From positions 62,001-126,000 of the forward strand of contig JAQGDQ010000484.1 of NCBI GenBank assembly GCA_030141605.1: 64,000 nucleotides of DNA. The letters are read 5' to 3'. Below the pieces are notes generated by a model. The model had not been told where the DNA came from. It searched no databases and saw only the letters and a list, made by a program, of their open reading frames with translations. The position numbers and the translations under genes are program-made. Shown one piece after another: positions 41,487 through 55,270 of this stretch (the first letter of the stretch is position 1; the number at the start of each line of letters is the position of its first letter). The DNA is from Tubiluchus corallicola (taxonomy: Eukaryota; Animalia; Priapulida).

Positions 41487-42043
41487 GGCGATTTTTGTTC
41501 CTGCACGCAGTGATAAAAAACATGAATGTTCAATTGTTACTGATGAGTTCATATATTCAACAAGATCATGGTAAAGACCCAGGACCAAATGAAACGTTAT
41601 GCTATCAGTTTAAAGAGAGGGTTAGGGTTAGGATTAGGGCATCCAACATAGATCTGTTAAAGCATTAAGAGAAGCTGAATGATGGCAATCCTTGAATTCA
41701 AAACAGCATCAATACCGTGGTTTTTCCAGAGGTTTTTAAAATGATTTCTAGATATTAGTCTTGAGTTTCAATGTTAACTTCTCCTGAAAAATATAAAAAA
41801 TAGTGTTTCCGAAAAGACGAGAACAATGTGACATTACAAGAAAGAATAAATAGTAATAGATGATAAGTACGTTAATTTCGAGTCCGAGACACATCTACTG
41901 GTTCAGTGTCTCATTTTAATATTTAACCAACCAGTTTCCAGTTTACAACTATCCAGCTCTGCCACTGAATGCTGGACACCACATAGTTGGGTGACAAACT
42001 GTATCATGAGAAAGTAACTATGCATCAAATGCAAACCACTAAT

Positions 42044-42476
42044 GAGCCTTTTCACAGTTCTGTTGTGAATACGTGCATTTGCTGTAGGTCAAAGGTTAAG
42101 CGTAAACTCACTTTACCTTAACTCTTGCAGTATATTTCAATGCAATTTCTGCACATGTTTGCAACCTGCTTTTGTTGCGCAACTCAGACGAAGGAGGAGG
42201 CAAGACGAAAGGACAGCTAAATGGCCGTCACGCGGGGGATGCCCGATCCTTGATTGACATTTTGCAATCTACGTATTATGTATTAGTCTGTGTGTAGCAG
42301 GATCTTCCCTAGAAACAAGAAAAATGAGCTAGGTAAGGTTATAGGTAGCTGTTAAACCTGTTACTATAGCATGGGCTGCGAGGCGTTGTCAATTGTACAC
42401 AAATGCGTTGTCTGGTTCACGTAACCTTTGACCTTTTCGCAATCATCATCAAACGCTAGAACTGTGAAAAGGCTCA
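42044..42476. mobile_element. MITE family C
   Basis: Perfect TIR aatgagccttttcacagttct / agaactgtgaaaaggctcatt. Confidence 0.8.
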
Positions 42477-43429
42477 TTGTATTATTTGCATATAATTTTT
42501 GCAAGTTGTGCAATCACAACTTGCAATGCTTTTTTAACACCTCCCTAGATGGCGACAAAAACATCACTCAGTCACCACAACAATGCCGACTTTATCAATG
42601 CCCAGTCTGCACCCTGTTGTTACGGGTGGCAGCAGGACACTGAGCAGGCATTTTGTTCCAGCTAAGCTGTGTCCTACTTAAACTTTCCTACTTTTCTCAG
42701 GGAGTTTTTGGTTCCAAATTAGTATTTGTGATTTTGTGTTCTAGATTTGTATTGGATGCTTTGAGAAACAGAGTTTGAAAAAGAATGAACATTTTTCACT
42801 ACATATTTTTGTTCAATTTGCAATTTACTTTTACAAGTTTGCATGACCAGCATGTAGAAAATTTTGTGATTACTAAAGCGTGCTGTTTCATACTACATTC
42901 TGATTAAATAAGACATGGAATTTCTTTAAAGCTTATAGATACATATACTCCTCTTACCACAGTAAAATCTGATTGTTTTATAGGTGGTACTTCCGAATTT
43001 CTCAATTCTAAGTTTTTTTGTTATGAGATGCTGGATTGTGGTCCATCCAAGTTTTTCTGTGCACGTCAAAATAGGATATCAGTAATAATTATATGCTGTT
43101 TTCTTACAGCGGATATCGGCGAGCAACAAAGTGTCTGTTTCAGAGATTAATTACACAATTTCCACAAATTTACTTTACTTCAAAATCACGCTATATAGAT
43201 TATTCAATGTATCGGGACTTTTTTTACAGTTTTCTCGTGTTTTATTACAATTTTAACTGCAATACTCCATTGCTGCTAGTAGCTACTATATGAAAACTAT
43301 TACCAAAAGAGGTCAGACGAGCTTTTAGTGCACAGACATTGAAAAGTAAACTAAAAATGCAAGTAGCACTATGGAAAACCTTAAGATCGTAAGCTAACTC
43401 AGGCCACGTCTTTTTCACCACGACCAGTA

Positions 43430-43545
43430 CCTTACCTAAAGCTGAAACAACAAAATTAATGTAGCGGTGGTGTGTGTTACGTCCGGCGTTGAGCGGTTGA
43501 CCTAGGTGGACCAAGAAAATCGCCATGCCCTATAGCTCATAAACG
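43430..43545 (-). promoter_or_regulatory. Candidate promoter / non-coding first exon of the zinc-finger gene
   Basis: CpG-enriched patch followed on the minus strand by a strong donor TTTAG|GTAAGG at ~43435, upstream of the 41501 acceptor. Inference only. Confidence 0.35.
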
Positions 43546-43558
43546 ACCTAGTATGTTT

Positions 43559-43935
43559 TAGGGATGATCATCGAACGTTCGAATTCGAACGAGTTTTTTT
43601 AGTTGAAATTCTATTCGAATGCGAAATGAAAAATTCGAATAATTCAACAATTCAACCACATTCATTTCTTATCATTAAGATGTTTAAAATTTCATGCAAT
43701 TAGCACAATTTAGCCTCTGATTGATTTGCACAATTTTTGAATAAATGATTAGTGATTTTACTGCAGAAAAAATTGAATAATATACATGATCTCTGCTAGA
43801 CCGCTTTTTACTGATTGTTTGAAAACTTGCTCAAAAATCTTTGAAAGAGAATTCGAGTTCGTTTCGAATTCAAAACGGAAGTCACAAATTCGATTACATT
43901 CCAATTCGCTTTCTGGTAGAGAATGCTCAGGTCTA
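43559..43935. mobile_element. hAT-type MITE, family B (diverged)
   Basis: TAGGGATGATCAT ... ATGCTCAGGTCTA; flanks gtatgttt / gtgtgttt. Confidence 0.8.
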
Positions 43936-45985
43936 GTGTGTTTGTCATTTACTGAAGTTAGATTACTCACGATACTGCAGTCACGACTGCAGCTTCAATG
44001 TGAATGGCTCACATAGCATGCAGGGCATGCGAACAAACAACTGTACCTCTTTAATTCGTTTCAACCCTTTTTATGCAAAAGGGCCCAAAAAATCAACCAA
44101 TATGATGTGAAAGGAGAAGCTGGGTTAACTCGAACTGAGGGCAGATCAGACATTTTTCTGCATGCATAGTACCCCTAAATCTGAGACATACATGATACAG
44201 TGTCATTCAAGCAGGGTTCTGCTGCAGAAGGTGTTTAGCCTCTAGGTAGATCGAGTTTTAAATTCTATTATCGAAAATGATAGTCATATGGGCAAAGTTC
44301 GTGCAGTTGACTTACTTTAGCTTTTCTTTTGGTTGAAGAGACTTATTTATTTATTATGCTGTAAGAAGTGATTTCAATCTTAATCAGTAATCAGACAACC
44401 TTAATACATGTTCAAATGTGTGCATGTGCGATGTTCTTATTTGAATGTGCTTACTCAAAAATTCGTTCTCCACCACCACATGCAAATTTAATCATCACTC
44501 GTTTTTGGAAATTTAGACAGACAATCTGATGTCAGATTCTAATAATTTCCTGTACAAAAGTCTTTGAAAACGGTTAGTTTATTTTCGTTGTCTAAATGTT
44601 ATTATTGTTATTGTAAGATAATAATTGTTCAGAATTATCATCATTTCCCTAGTTCATCACGCGTAAGTACACGCTGGTCAGAAAGAGCGTTATAAGAAAA
44701 TGTTGGGAATTACAATTAATTTTGATAATTTCCCATGTTGCTGAGCATCGATCCTTGTTTACTGGTGTGAGTCTTTTATTTTAGAATTCTGAAATTCTAC
44801 AATAGACGTAACAGGTAAATGTTGATGATGTTTGGATTTCTGCCATGTTTACATGTTTTGAGGGCAGTTTTTCATTTTACACTTTTGCCTGTCCAATGTC
44901 TACAGTAGACGTAATTGTCATTATGATGATGATGACGTGCTTTGCATTACGCTGTTGTTTCTGTCGTTTCAAAAGCACTCAGGAGCTCATGTTTTTATTT
45001 GCCGCTGCACATACCGACTTTAATCAAAGATTTATCACATCGTGATGATTTTAAACGGAAGAGGTGCTGACAAGCCGCTGGCGTAGCAGTGTATTATTAG
45101 TTACTACTGTGTTTACCTGTCTTGAAGGCGGATTTTTTTAGTTATTTAGCAGAATTCTGTGTGTCCAGTGACTACAATTGACGCTACGGGCATAATTATG
45201 ATGATTATTTTATGTATTCGCAAATATTCATTATTATTATAAAAGAATAATACTTACTGTCTATTTGCTCAGATAAAATTTCTCGGTTAATTATAGACGT
45301 GACATACAGCTTGGTTGTTTTTGCTCACTTAGTACCATGAGCTTTGAAACTCACAATTTCATGAGTACTGAGGTTTGGTGAGTGATATTTGCAGAAGTTC
45401 AAAATTTCGGCTGTAAGTTCCGGTCGTTTATTAATCAGGTAATTAATATATAAGGTGTTCAGCCAGCTAAGCTTCCCACAATAACCACATTTATTTTTTC
45501 AAATGTTTTTGTTTTTAAGAGTTTTATTGAGTGTTTGCAGTCGAGCAAACAAGTACTCGATAATTGCTGAGATTATAGGACGATCATCCATCCATTAATT
45601 AAGCTTATCATCAGGAAGACGAATGCGGCCGGAAATTGTCAGGGAAGTTCGGCCTTCTCTAACTCATATTATATTTTTGAAAACTTACATTCAGCCACTT
45701 GAAGTGCTGGTCAATAAACCTTCGTCTTTTGCGGAGTTAATTTTTCTAATATTTATAATAATTATAATTATCAGATATTATTCTTATGGCTGTTAATGAA
45801 TTCTGTTCATTGATTAACTTGTCTATCTTCCTCAGCAATATGCAGTACTCTGTGTCAGCTGTAATACACTGTACAGTTCTTCTTATAATCATGGTGAAAT
45901 GAATTATTACATCCTAAACAAATAATTATTGAAAACTTTCTGATGTGAGTCGTAATATGGTTTCAAAATGTAAGATTTTTATTTA

Positions 45986-46449
45986 CAGTCAACCTCAGGT
46001 ATAAGGTACTCGCTTATAAGGGACCACCAACAGTGGTCCTGATTTTTTGTAACGTTTTTCCTATGTAAAAATCTTTGTATATAATTTACTTTCGGTTATA
46101 AGGGATGATATCTTCAGGTCCCGCGTAATAGAAACCCAGGTAAATTACCTCGCATATAAGAGACTATATAATCAAAACGAAATTGATCGATTTTTAACCT
46201 CAATTTTCCACAAACTCGGCCTTCGAACAGCTCGGTTTCCGCGGTCACATACATCTCGCGTCACTGAAGGAGCTTCCTACATACCGTTTGCACTGAACGT
46301 GTAGTAATAATCCATAAAAATATGGGTAAAGTACAGAAAAGTACGGGTCTAGATACACCCTCGGTCTGACTCAATTCGGCTACAAGGGACATCGGATATA
46401 AGGGACGTTTTTTTGGTCTCAACGTGTCTCTTTTATCCGAGTTTGACTG
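45986..46449. mobile_element. Tc1/mariner (Tigger/pogo-like) MITE
   Basis: TA|CAGTCAACCTCAGGTATAAG ... TTATCCGAGTTTGACTG|TA. Confidence 0.8.
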
Positions 46450-47129
46450 TATTTGAAATATTAAACTGTCAACTTCATGTGCGTAACCACCTAGTTACAA
46501 TACAATATAGCAATTCGAGCAAAGTAATTAGAGGATATACATACGTTATTAGCCCAAATCATGAAAAATTGTAAACGACAATATCTTATCAACTTATCAT
46601 GACACGTCTTCACTTCACAGTGAGCCTTTGACCCAGATCAAATTGATCACGTGATTAGGCCAAAAATCGCCACAAGGTGGCCAAAGCCGACAACAAGCGA
46701 AGGCTGCTAAGTACGCTAATGCAAGATTTCTAGTACAGTAATTTTTCAGTTTTATTTAGACTACTGATACGGAATAATAATATTAAAATTCAGTAAGACG
46801 TTGCTTCTTGATACTGGCCATAGTACGAGACGGCTCAAGTGAGTGTCCTAAAGGTACAAGGGACAATCACTTTTGCAAGGTGGTCACCCTACGAACATTC
46901 CACATGGTAAGACGATTATTCCAACGGAACATTCTACAATGTTCTATTTAATTCTAATAGATGCCAGGATCTCCACAACATGGAACAACTCCAAATTGAT
47001 CAAACTTGTTTTTATTAATCATTAAATAGTAAATATTCATTTTATTTATGTCATACCCTAGAACGTGTACCTTAAGACATTAACTTATTTATTTTTCAGC
47101 TTTCTCGGATCATTTCATAAACTATAACA

Positions 47130-48440
47130 ATGAATGATATTGTGTTGAGACTGCTTCCAATGGTACTTGGAGTTGCATTAGTGAACGCACGTTTGCTAAT
47201 TAAATTCCGTGAAAATGAGAACAGAGCTTACATCACCAAGTTGTTGCAGGATAGAGCTGATGCGTTGTCGTCGTTCAGAAATGCTTCTGGCACAAGTAAC
47301 GAGATTCCGGATTTTCTGGGTTTTGAAGTTCCCCCGGGAAATGTTAAACAAGCGCTCAAGTTTCACCGTCCGATAAACGACCATCGCCGTGTTTGTTATT
47401 ATTCGGATAACACCGATGATCTCCCTGCGGAAAAGCTTGTTCCTGAACTGTGCACGCACTTGATATTCGCCTTTGTTATTCAAGTTAATGGAACAGTTCA
47501 GGTTAAGGATGAGGAACAAGCGAAGAGGCTGAAAGCTTTTATGTCATTAAAGAAGCAACATTCAGACGTTGTTTTCATGACAAGTATAGGCACATCCATG
47601 GCAGAGGTGGTTCCAACGGAAGACACGCGTCGGCGATTTGCTGAAAGTGCTGCACAATTTCTGCGACAAAATGGGTTGGACGGTTTAGACCTCGATTGGG
47701 AATTCCCGGCAAGTGGAGGGAAGGCCGAGGAGAAACATCAGTTTACCCTCCTTCTGGAGGAGATTACCAAAGCATTCGCCACTGATGCGAAGTATCATAG
47801 TCCACGTCTTTTGCTTACAGCTGCCATTGCGGCACCAAAGGAATTGATACACAGCTGCTACGAACCTGCACAGATGGCGCTGTATGTTGATTTCATCAAT
47901 CTCATGTCATATGACTACCACTTTTACTCGTGGTACGACAGATTGACAAATAATCACAGTCCGCTGTTCAGCAGAAAACTGGAATTTTTCTACTTCGGAA
48001 CGGAGAACACGGCATGGTCGGCAAATGAGTGGAACAAACTGGGTATGCCAAAAGAGAAAATAAACATCGGCATCCCTTGCTACGCCAGGACGTTTGAACT
48101 GATGTTTGCCAGTTGGCATTGGTTTTACTCTCCGGCAACTGGACCGGGTCAACCGGGCAATGGATGGCTCCATACGGATGAGATATGTCAGCTGTTGAAC
48201 GCATCTGCCGTGGAGGTATTCGACGAAGAAGATCAAGCATCTTATCTTTATGCAGACAAATTGTGGGCGGGGTATAATAACGAGCGAAGCGTGGAGAAAA
48301 AATGTGAATGGCTAAAGCAGGAGGGTTACGGTGGAGCGATGACATGGAACCTAAACACGGACGACTGGCAAGGTCACTGCGACGGTGTCACGACATTTCC
48401 TCTGCATCGAGCGATGAAGAAAGTTTTGTCTGACGTTTGA
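47130..48440 (+). CDS. GH18 chitinase, 436 aa, single coding exon, no CBM14
   Basis: Hydrophobic N-terminus; motifs RVCYY, CTHLIFAF, intact catalytic DGLDLDWEFP, NLMSYD and GGAMTWNLNTDD. Confidence 0.96.
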   Translation: MNDIVLRLLPMVLGVALVNARLLIKFRENENRAYITKLLQDRADALSSFRNASGTSNEIPDFLGFEVPPGNVKQALKFHRPINDHRRVCYYSDNTDDLPAEKLVPELCTHLIFAFVIQVNGTVQVKDEEQAKRLKAFMSLKKQHSDVVFMTSIGTSMAEVVPTEDTRRRFAESAAQFLRQNGLDGLDLDWEFPASGGKAEEKHQFTLLLEEITKAFATDAKYHSPRLLLTAAIAAPKELIHSCYEPAQMALYVDFINLMSYDYHFYSWYDRLTNNHSPLFSRKLEFFYFGTENTAWSANEWNKLGMPKEKINIGIPCYARTFELMFASWHWFYSPATGPGQPGNGWLHTDEICQLLNASAVEVFDEEDQASYLYADKLWAGYNNERSVEKKCEWLKQEGYGGAMTWNLNTDDWQGHCDGVTTFPLHRAMKKVLSDV

Positions 48441-49382
48441 AGTCTAGCTTACAATAATGAAATTTTAGTGATTTGTTTTGAGTTAGTGATTTGAAAACTT
48501 TTCAGGTAAAGCCAAGCTGTGATCAGCAAAATAATTTGCGATTTAACCTTTGCTGTGATACTTGTGAATAGTAATTTTACATACTTGTTATAAAATGATG
48601 AATAAAATTACGAATGAAGGATAGTGTACACTGTTGTTAATATTTTGTGTGTGAATAGCAGTTGTGGTTGCACGAAAAATTTGAACAGCTTTTTTGTTTG
48701 TTTGGAAATTCAATTTAATTCTACAAATGTAAGTACCTTAGTCTCAAAAATGTTGTGTATTTTTAGCACTGAGAAAAGGTAGTCCATTGATCTCAGTACT
48801 TTAGTTTCAGTATAATGAAATAATAACAATAATTTAATTTAAGTGGTAGTTTCATAATAAATTGTAGTAATTAATAATTTCAAAAATCCAGCGAAGTTTT
48901 ACTTTTTCTATTTAGCCTTTAGTATTTTATTATTTTTTACTCTTACTTGTGCAAATTTACTTCTAATTTCGTTAGATGGCAGCACCACGTAAATAGTGCA
49001 TAATAAGTTAGTGACATCTAGTAACAAGATATATAAGCTCGTTCTTGTTAAATTTGCATGTCATGTAAGACTACAAATCTTTGAGAAAAGTTGTATAAAA
49101 GAAACCTGCATGATATTTAATATATTACGTAATTTATATTTTACGTATGTATGTTAATAAAAGTGTACTATACATACATTCTGGTCATTAAGCATTATTT
49201 ATTTTCTGTGCTCATATATATTTCTCATCTTAAAGTTCATTTTGCTTTATTTTGGAACAATGTCACTTTGTATGGTTGTGGCTTATGCAAGAACCAGTGT
49301 AAGCAGAAGTCATTTAGCTCGAAATTGCTTCAGTCAGCCATAGAGTAAAATTTTGTCAAATTTAGAAGTGATTCGAATCAAT

Positions 49383-49930
49383 AAGCCTTTTCACAGTTTT
49401 TGCTGACTGTTTGTTGCTTTTGCCTTTTATATATACACAAACACCTAAAAAATGTCATGAGCCTGTAAGTAAACTTGTATTTTTAAAAAGGGGCAGCTGA
49501 CCAAGTGACCAATAGGTCTTTCGCTGCTCTTTCTTAGTTGCAATGAAATGTAAAAATAACTATGTCAAATTTTAACTGCTATTGAGTAAATAAATTGACT
49601 TGAATTGTAGAGTAAAGGGTAAGTGTACCATCGGAATGCGTCTTAACTACAAATAACTTGACATGTGTGTACGGCAAAGCCGTCCGCCATATCGGTGCGG
49701 TAACATCAGTTGTTTTACGTGGTCTTTACTTAATTGTGCATTAGTCTGTGTGTGGAATGATTTACTAGCAGGATCTTGTTTGGGAACAACAAAAAATGAA
49801 CTAGGTAAGATTCTAGCTAACTGTTGAAACTGTTACTATTACAACAGCATGGGCTGCGAGGCATTGTCAAGTGTACGCAAATGTACACTTAACCTATGAC
49901 CTTTTCACAATCATCAATCGCTGGAACTAA
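49383..49930. mobile_element. MITE family C (diverged/interrupted)
   Basis: aagccttttcacagtt start; 49610-49930 is reverse-complement homologous to 8410-8720. Confidence 0.65.
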
Positions 49931-50322
49931 ACAATGCAAGGTCATACATTCATCAGCATGACACGCGTCAGGTAAAATAACTCGCCTAATCGCCGTCAGA
50001 TGGCAGAACTGATACTGCCTATAGCTTGAAACGTTGCTGCAGTGTTACACCAATCAACACGAACAGGAAAAGTAATGGGGATCGATTTACTCCGGTTCAC
50101 CCAAACACTTTGCCTTGCATATTAGATGGCTGGCAGGATATGTATCTAAGGGAACAGGTGTGTGGAATAGTTGAAAAATTCTTGAATTAAATTTACTGTG
50201 TCGAACAAAGATTTTAAGCAAGATCTTATTAACGCAGTAATACAAAGTGCTCTGGCTTCTGCAATAAATAAAACTATGCCACCTGTCCACACAGGGACAA
50301 TTAAACAAAATTGTCAGACATG

Positions 50323-50535
50323 ACTGAAAAAGTTACAAAATTAGCCCATTACCGAATACATGTATCTATAAATAAACATGACCTAGGGTATATGTCTGAA
50401 AAAGTTGCAAAATTAGCCCATTACCGAATACATGTACCTATAAATAAACATGACCTAGGGTATATGTCTAAAAAAGTTACAAAATTAGCCCATTACCGAA
50501 TACATGTACCTATAAATAAACATGACCTAAGGTAT
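50323..50535. repeat. 72-bp tandem repeat, ~3 copies
   Basis: Unit aaaagttacaaaattagcccattaccgaatacatgtacctataaataaacatgacctagggtatatgtctg. Confidence 0.93.
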
Positions 50536-50909
50536 CTTCTGCAGATGCCGTTAAGAACGATTTTACTAGAGAAGGTCGTATATAAAAGTTACGTTTTTAC
50601 AATTATTAAACAGGCAAAGGACAGAAACCAACAGATGGATCTCTTGTAAGTACTGCCACCGTCGAAACCACATCGCTCCTATGAAGTTTCAATTAAATCA
50701 GTGCCAGATTAAGTCACGGGTTGCAACCCTGGAGCCTCCGCCAGCTGAAGAGCCTCCAGAGATTAAGTGAAATGAATTTCCTGTGAAAAGTTACTACAGA
50801 ATGAGAGTAGAAGTTTGCTGAATTATGTTTTTAAAAACGGCTTAATTAATTAATATACTGTACTAGCCAAACCCCACAAAAAGAATTTTGTGCACAAATC
50901 AACACAAAA

Positions 50910-51890
50910 CCCACACCACACCACTCCACCTCATCACACCACACTGCACCACACCATACCACTCCACCACATCACATCGCACAGCACCACACCATAACAC
51001 CACACTGCACCACACCACCCACCCACCTACACATCACACCACCCACACCATACCACTCCACCACATCACACCACACTGCACCACACCATACCACCTACAC
51101 ACCACACCACCCACACCATACCACTCCATCACACTGCACCACACCATACCACTGCACCACCCACACACCACACCATAATACTCCACCACATCACACCGCA
51201 CAGCACCACACCATAACACCACACTGCACCACACTGCACAGCACCACATCATAACACCACACTGCACCACACCACCCACCCACCTACACACCACACCGCA
51301 CCACACCATATCGCTGCAGCACACCGCACCACCCACACACCACACCACCCACACCATTCGACTCCACCACATCACACCACACTGCACCACACCATACCAC
51401 TGCACCGCACCACCCACACACCACACAACACCAACCACACCATAATACTCCACCACATCACACCGCACAGCACCACACCACACCATAACACCACACTGCA
51501 CCACACCATACCACTGCACCACACCACACCACCCACACCATACCACTCCACTCCACCACACCACACCACAACATACCACTGCAGCACACCGCACGACCCA
51601 CATACCATACCACACCAACCACACCATACGACTCCACCACATCACACCACACCATACCACTGCACCACACCACACCGCACCACCCACACACCACACCACA
51701 CCACCCACACCATAATACTCCACCACATCACACCGCACTGCACCACACCATAACACCACCCACACACCACGCCACCCACTCCATACCACACTACCCACAC
51801 CACACCCCACACACCCTATCACCCCACCACACCATCCATAGCACAACACACAAAGCACACCACCACCACACCACATCAAATCCACCACCT
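50910..51890. repeat. Degenerate (CACCA)n pentanucleotide low-complexity repeat
   Basis: Direct reading; explains the W/C/V/G-rich and H/T/P-rich ORFs. Confidence 0.95.
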
Positions 51891-52229
51891 CACGTGGTGA
51901 TCATGATGTTGATGATGATGATGATGGTGGCAACGATGACAACACCTATAGCACAAGCACCAACAGCACAGCATTACAACAAAACCATTCCAAACATTTT
52001 TCACAAAGTTGAAACTATGTGCTATAATATAATAAATAGCAAAGGCCCCGCAAAAGATTTTGCGTATAAATACACGTGTAATCAATAATACGCGAACATC
52101 CTACCTAGTCCACATTTATAACACAAAGCCCGTAACATCGTGCCTACTGTTTGTTTAACTAACGCAAAGCCTGTAGCTTTTTGCTGAATTAAAGTTATAA
52201 GATTATAGACAGAGTACAATGGATGACGT

Positions 52230-52850
52230 CACAACAATGCCTTTGCGTCAGCTGTTTTCTAAGTGAAAATTGCCGAAAATAGAACTCCTAATTAACTCGC
52301 CAATACTCCTCTCGGTGGACCTGCCCTAACATATAGCCCACACCATCGTGTAGCCCCGTTCTTCCTCTTTGTAAAGAGCCCCATATCTCCTTCCGAGAGT
52401 CCCACCGGGTGCCGCTAGAACGTTTTTCCCGCATGCTGTTTGGTCAAAATTTCGAAAAAATCGCAAGTCGGGTCCGGAAAAACGCCCGTTGCGGGGCGCC
52501 CTGGCCCTCTCGGGAATTCTAAATATGCCTACTACACCCACCGCTGAACGGGCTATCTATCCATACCCAGTACCCCCCTCGGCCCGTTCCAGTTCTCTAC
52601 ATCTCAGCCGTATAACATTTACAAAAAACGGCCGAAAAAGGGCCATTTTTGGGGTTTTTTCGCCTCCCCCTCCTCCCGGTGGGCCCAATTCGAAAAATAA
52701 ACCATCAATGAGAAGACACTAGATCGAAACCTTTCGTTTGATATATATAGATCGCCCCAAATGGTGCCCTCGTCGGAGCTGTAGCCTCGAATCTTATATA
52801 TATAAATAAATAAATATATATACCAAGAATATTAATATAAGAGTATAGAT
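52230..52850 (-). mobile_element. Possible non-autonomous Helitron-like element
   Basis: GC/CpG-rich island in AT-rich DNA. Minus strand begins A|TCTATACTCTTATATT followed by a short microsatellite, as in Helitron-derived insertions; 3' end not defined. Confidence 0.35.
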
Positions 52851-53111
52851 AATAATACACTGGAATTCTTTTCTTGTCCATTATTCCACCTTATTGGTCC
52901 TGCCACACTGGTAATCCTGATTACAATGACAGGTTATTTGGTGAAAAACGCTAACTTGTACTAATAAAAGTATATTTTATGATACACGTTAAAATACCAG
53001 TAATTTATTTATTGTAATTTGTACGTATTGTATTTAATATTTCAAAAACTCATTTTAATTTTGTAAATATCAGAATATCTCTTCCGTTTTTATTGTATTT
53101 GACTTGCGCCC

Positions 53112-53390
53112 ATCTATGTGGGCTTAATGTTGGCATTATGTTGTAGAAGTTGAATAAACTGATTTGAAGAATCCAACATTCATGCTTTTGTAAATTGTCA
53201 CTGTGGATCTAATTTTGGAATTATGTTGTAGAAGTTGAATAGACTGATTTGAAGAATCCAACATTCATGCTTTTGCTAATTGTCATGGGGGCCTAATGTT
53301 GGCATTATGTTGTAGAAGTTGAGTAAACTGATTTGAAGCATCCAACATTCATGCTTTTGCTAATTGTCACTGGGGGCCTAATGTTGGCAA
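53112..53390. repeat. ~88-bp tandem repeat, ~3 copies
   Basis: Unit ctaatgttggcattatgttgtagaagttgaataaactgatttgaagaatccaacattcatgcttttg... Confidence 0.92.
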
Positions 53391-54007
53391 TGCGTGTTGA
53401 GCGATACGTATTCACTCGAACGTGACGGCTGTCGTCTGAATACGCTTTAGGCGTTACGCATTACGCGCACATGGATGCGAACCTTTAGTGAGTACTTAGA
53501 CTCACACCACAGTAATTCAGAGGAGAAGAAAGCCTAGTTATAATGGCTGAATGCAAAACTTGATGTCATAACTTTTCAATGCTGAAAAAACCTGACTTCT
53601 GATCCAGCCTTAATTTTGTTTTCCTGTTTTGAATCAACTCACCTCATGTCTTTATGAAATGCTGTATAAAATTATCCTTTCGCAGGGAGATACAGTAATC
53701 CGATTGTCACTAAACCTGCATTAAATTTGTTAGAATCTGTAAAAGTGAATGCAGTTCTCTAATCTTTGCAATCTACGTAATGCATAGAATTTAATTTAGA
53801 CTTGATTACGACAGCGCTAGATTAATTCAAATGCCAAACTTCACGATTACTTGTTTTAAAATTTCATTTTGCATTTGCCGTAATATCGTGAACTATATGT
53901 AGTTAAGAGTTAAATTTTCTGATTTTATAATTATATTATAAATTAAGTGTAGAAACTTCTAGCTGACAGGATAAATGGATTGAACTTGTAGAGAGCTTGA
54001 AGTATAT

Positions 54008-54755
54008 TAGACTGAAGTTTGTGTAGACTGTTGTAGACTGATTCACTCTGGTGGTTGAAACAAAGAATATGAAATTGCGTTGAACTGTGAAAGACTGAAG
54101 TTAGTGTAGACTGACTCACTCTGGTGGTTGAAACAAAGAATATGAAATTGTGTTGAACTGTGAAAGACTGAAGTTAGTGTAGACTGTTGTAGACTGATTC
54201 ACTCAGGTGGTTGAAACAAAGAATATGAAATTGTGTTGAACTGTGAGAGATTGAAGTTAGCGTAGACTGTTGTAGACTGATTCACTCTGGTGGTTGTAAC
54301 AAAGAATATGAAATTGCGTTGAACTGTGAAAGACTGAAGTTAGTGTAGACAGTTGTAGACTGGTTCACTCTGACGGTTGAAACAAAGAATATGAAATTGT
54401 GTTGAACTGTGAAAGACTGAAGTTAGTGTAGACTGTTGCAGACTGGTTCACCTGGTGGTTGAAACAAAGATTATGAAATTGTGCTGAACTGTGAGAGACT
54501 GAAGTTAGTGTAAACAGTTGTAGACTGGTTCACTCTGGTGGTTGAAACAAGGAATATTTAATTGTGTTGAACTGTGAGCGACTGAAGTTAGTGTAGACTG
54601 GTTCACTCTGGTGGTTGAAACAAAGGATATGAAATTGTGTTGAACTGTGAAAGACTGAAGTTAGTGTAGACTGTTGTAGACTGGTCCACTCTCGTAGTTG
54701 AAACAAAGAATATGAAATTGTGTTGAACTGTGGAGACTGAAGTTAGTGTAGACTG
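54008..54755. repeat. ~79-88 bp satellite, ~8.5 copies
   Basis: Unit agactgaagttagtgtagactgttgtagactgattcactctggtggttgaaacaaagaatatgaaattgtgttgaactgtga. Confidence 0.95.
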
Positions 54756-55270
54756 TACCAAACTTTCTCTGTACCGAACTTTCCTAGTATCAAACTTTCT
54801 CTGTACCTAACTTTTCTAATACCAAACTTTCTCTGTACCTAACTTTCCTTGTACCAAACTTTCTCTGTACCGAACTTCCTAGTACCAAACTTTCCTTGTA
54901 CCAAACTTTCTCTGTACCGAACTTCCTAGTACCAAACTTTCTCTGTACCAAACTTTTCTTGCACCAAACTTTCTCTGTATCTAACTTTCCTAGTACCAAA
55001 CTTGTTCTATACCGAACTTTCCTTGTACCAAACTTTCTCTGTATCTAACTTTTCTTGTATCAAACTTTCTCTGTACCAAACGTTTCTTGTATCAAACTTT
55101 CTCTGTACCAAACTTTTCTTGTATCATACTTTCTCTGTACCAAACTGTCCTTGTATCAAACTTTCTCTGTACCTAACTTACCTTGTACCAAACTTGTTCT
55201 GTACCGAACTTTCCTTGTACCAAACTTTCTCTGTACCAAACTTGTTCTGTACTATATTTACTTGTACCAA
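54755..55270. repeat. 16-17 bp degenerate tandem repeat
   Basis: Alternating taccaaactttctctg / taccgaactttccttg units. Confidence 0.93.

Noticed and set aside
41487-41588. N-terminal 34-aa extension of the ZNF ORF from a non-ATG start
   Set aside because: An acceptor at 41501 and GCC-ATG-G context at 41486 indicate the extension is intron or UTR.
50888-52088. Cys/Trp/Val-rich and His/Thr/Pro-rich ORFs
   Set aside because: Translations of the CACCA low-complexity repeat; the poly-amino-acid ORFs at 31.2-31.8, 60.8-61.1 and 62.2-62.5 kb are likewise microsatellite artefacts.
53112-55270. CRISPR-like array
   Set aside because: Head-to-tail satellites without unique spacers, eukaryotic context, no cas genes.
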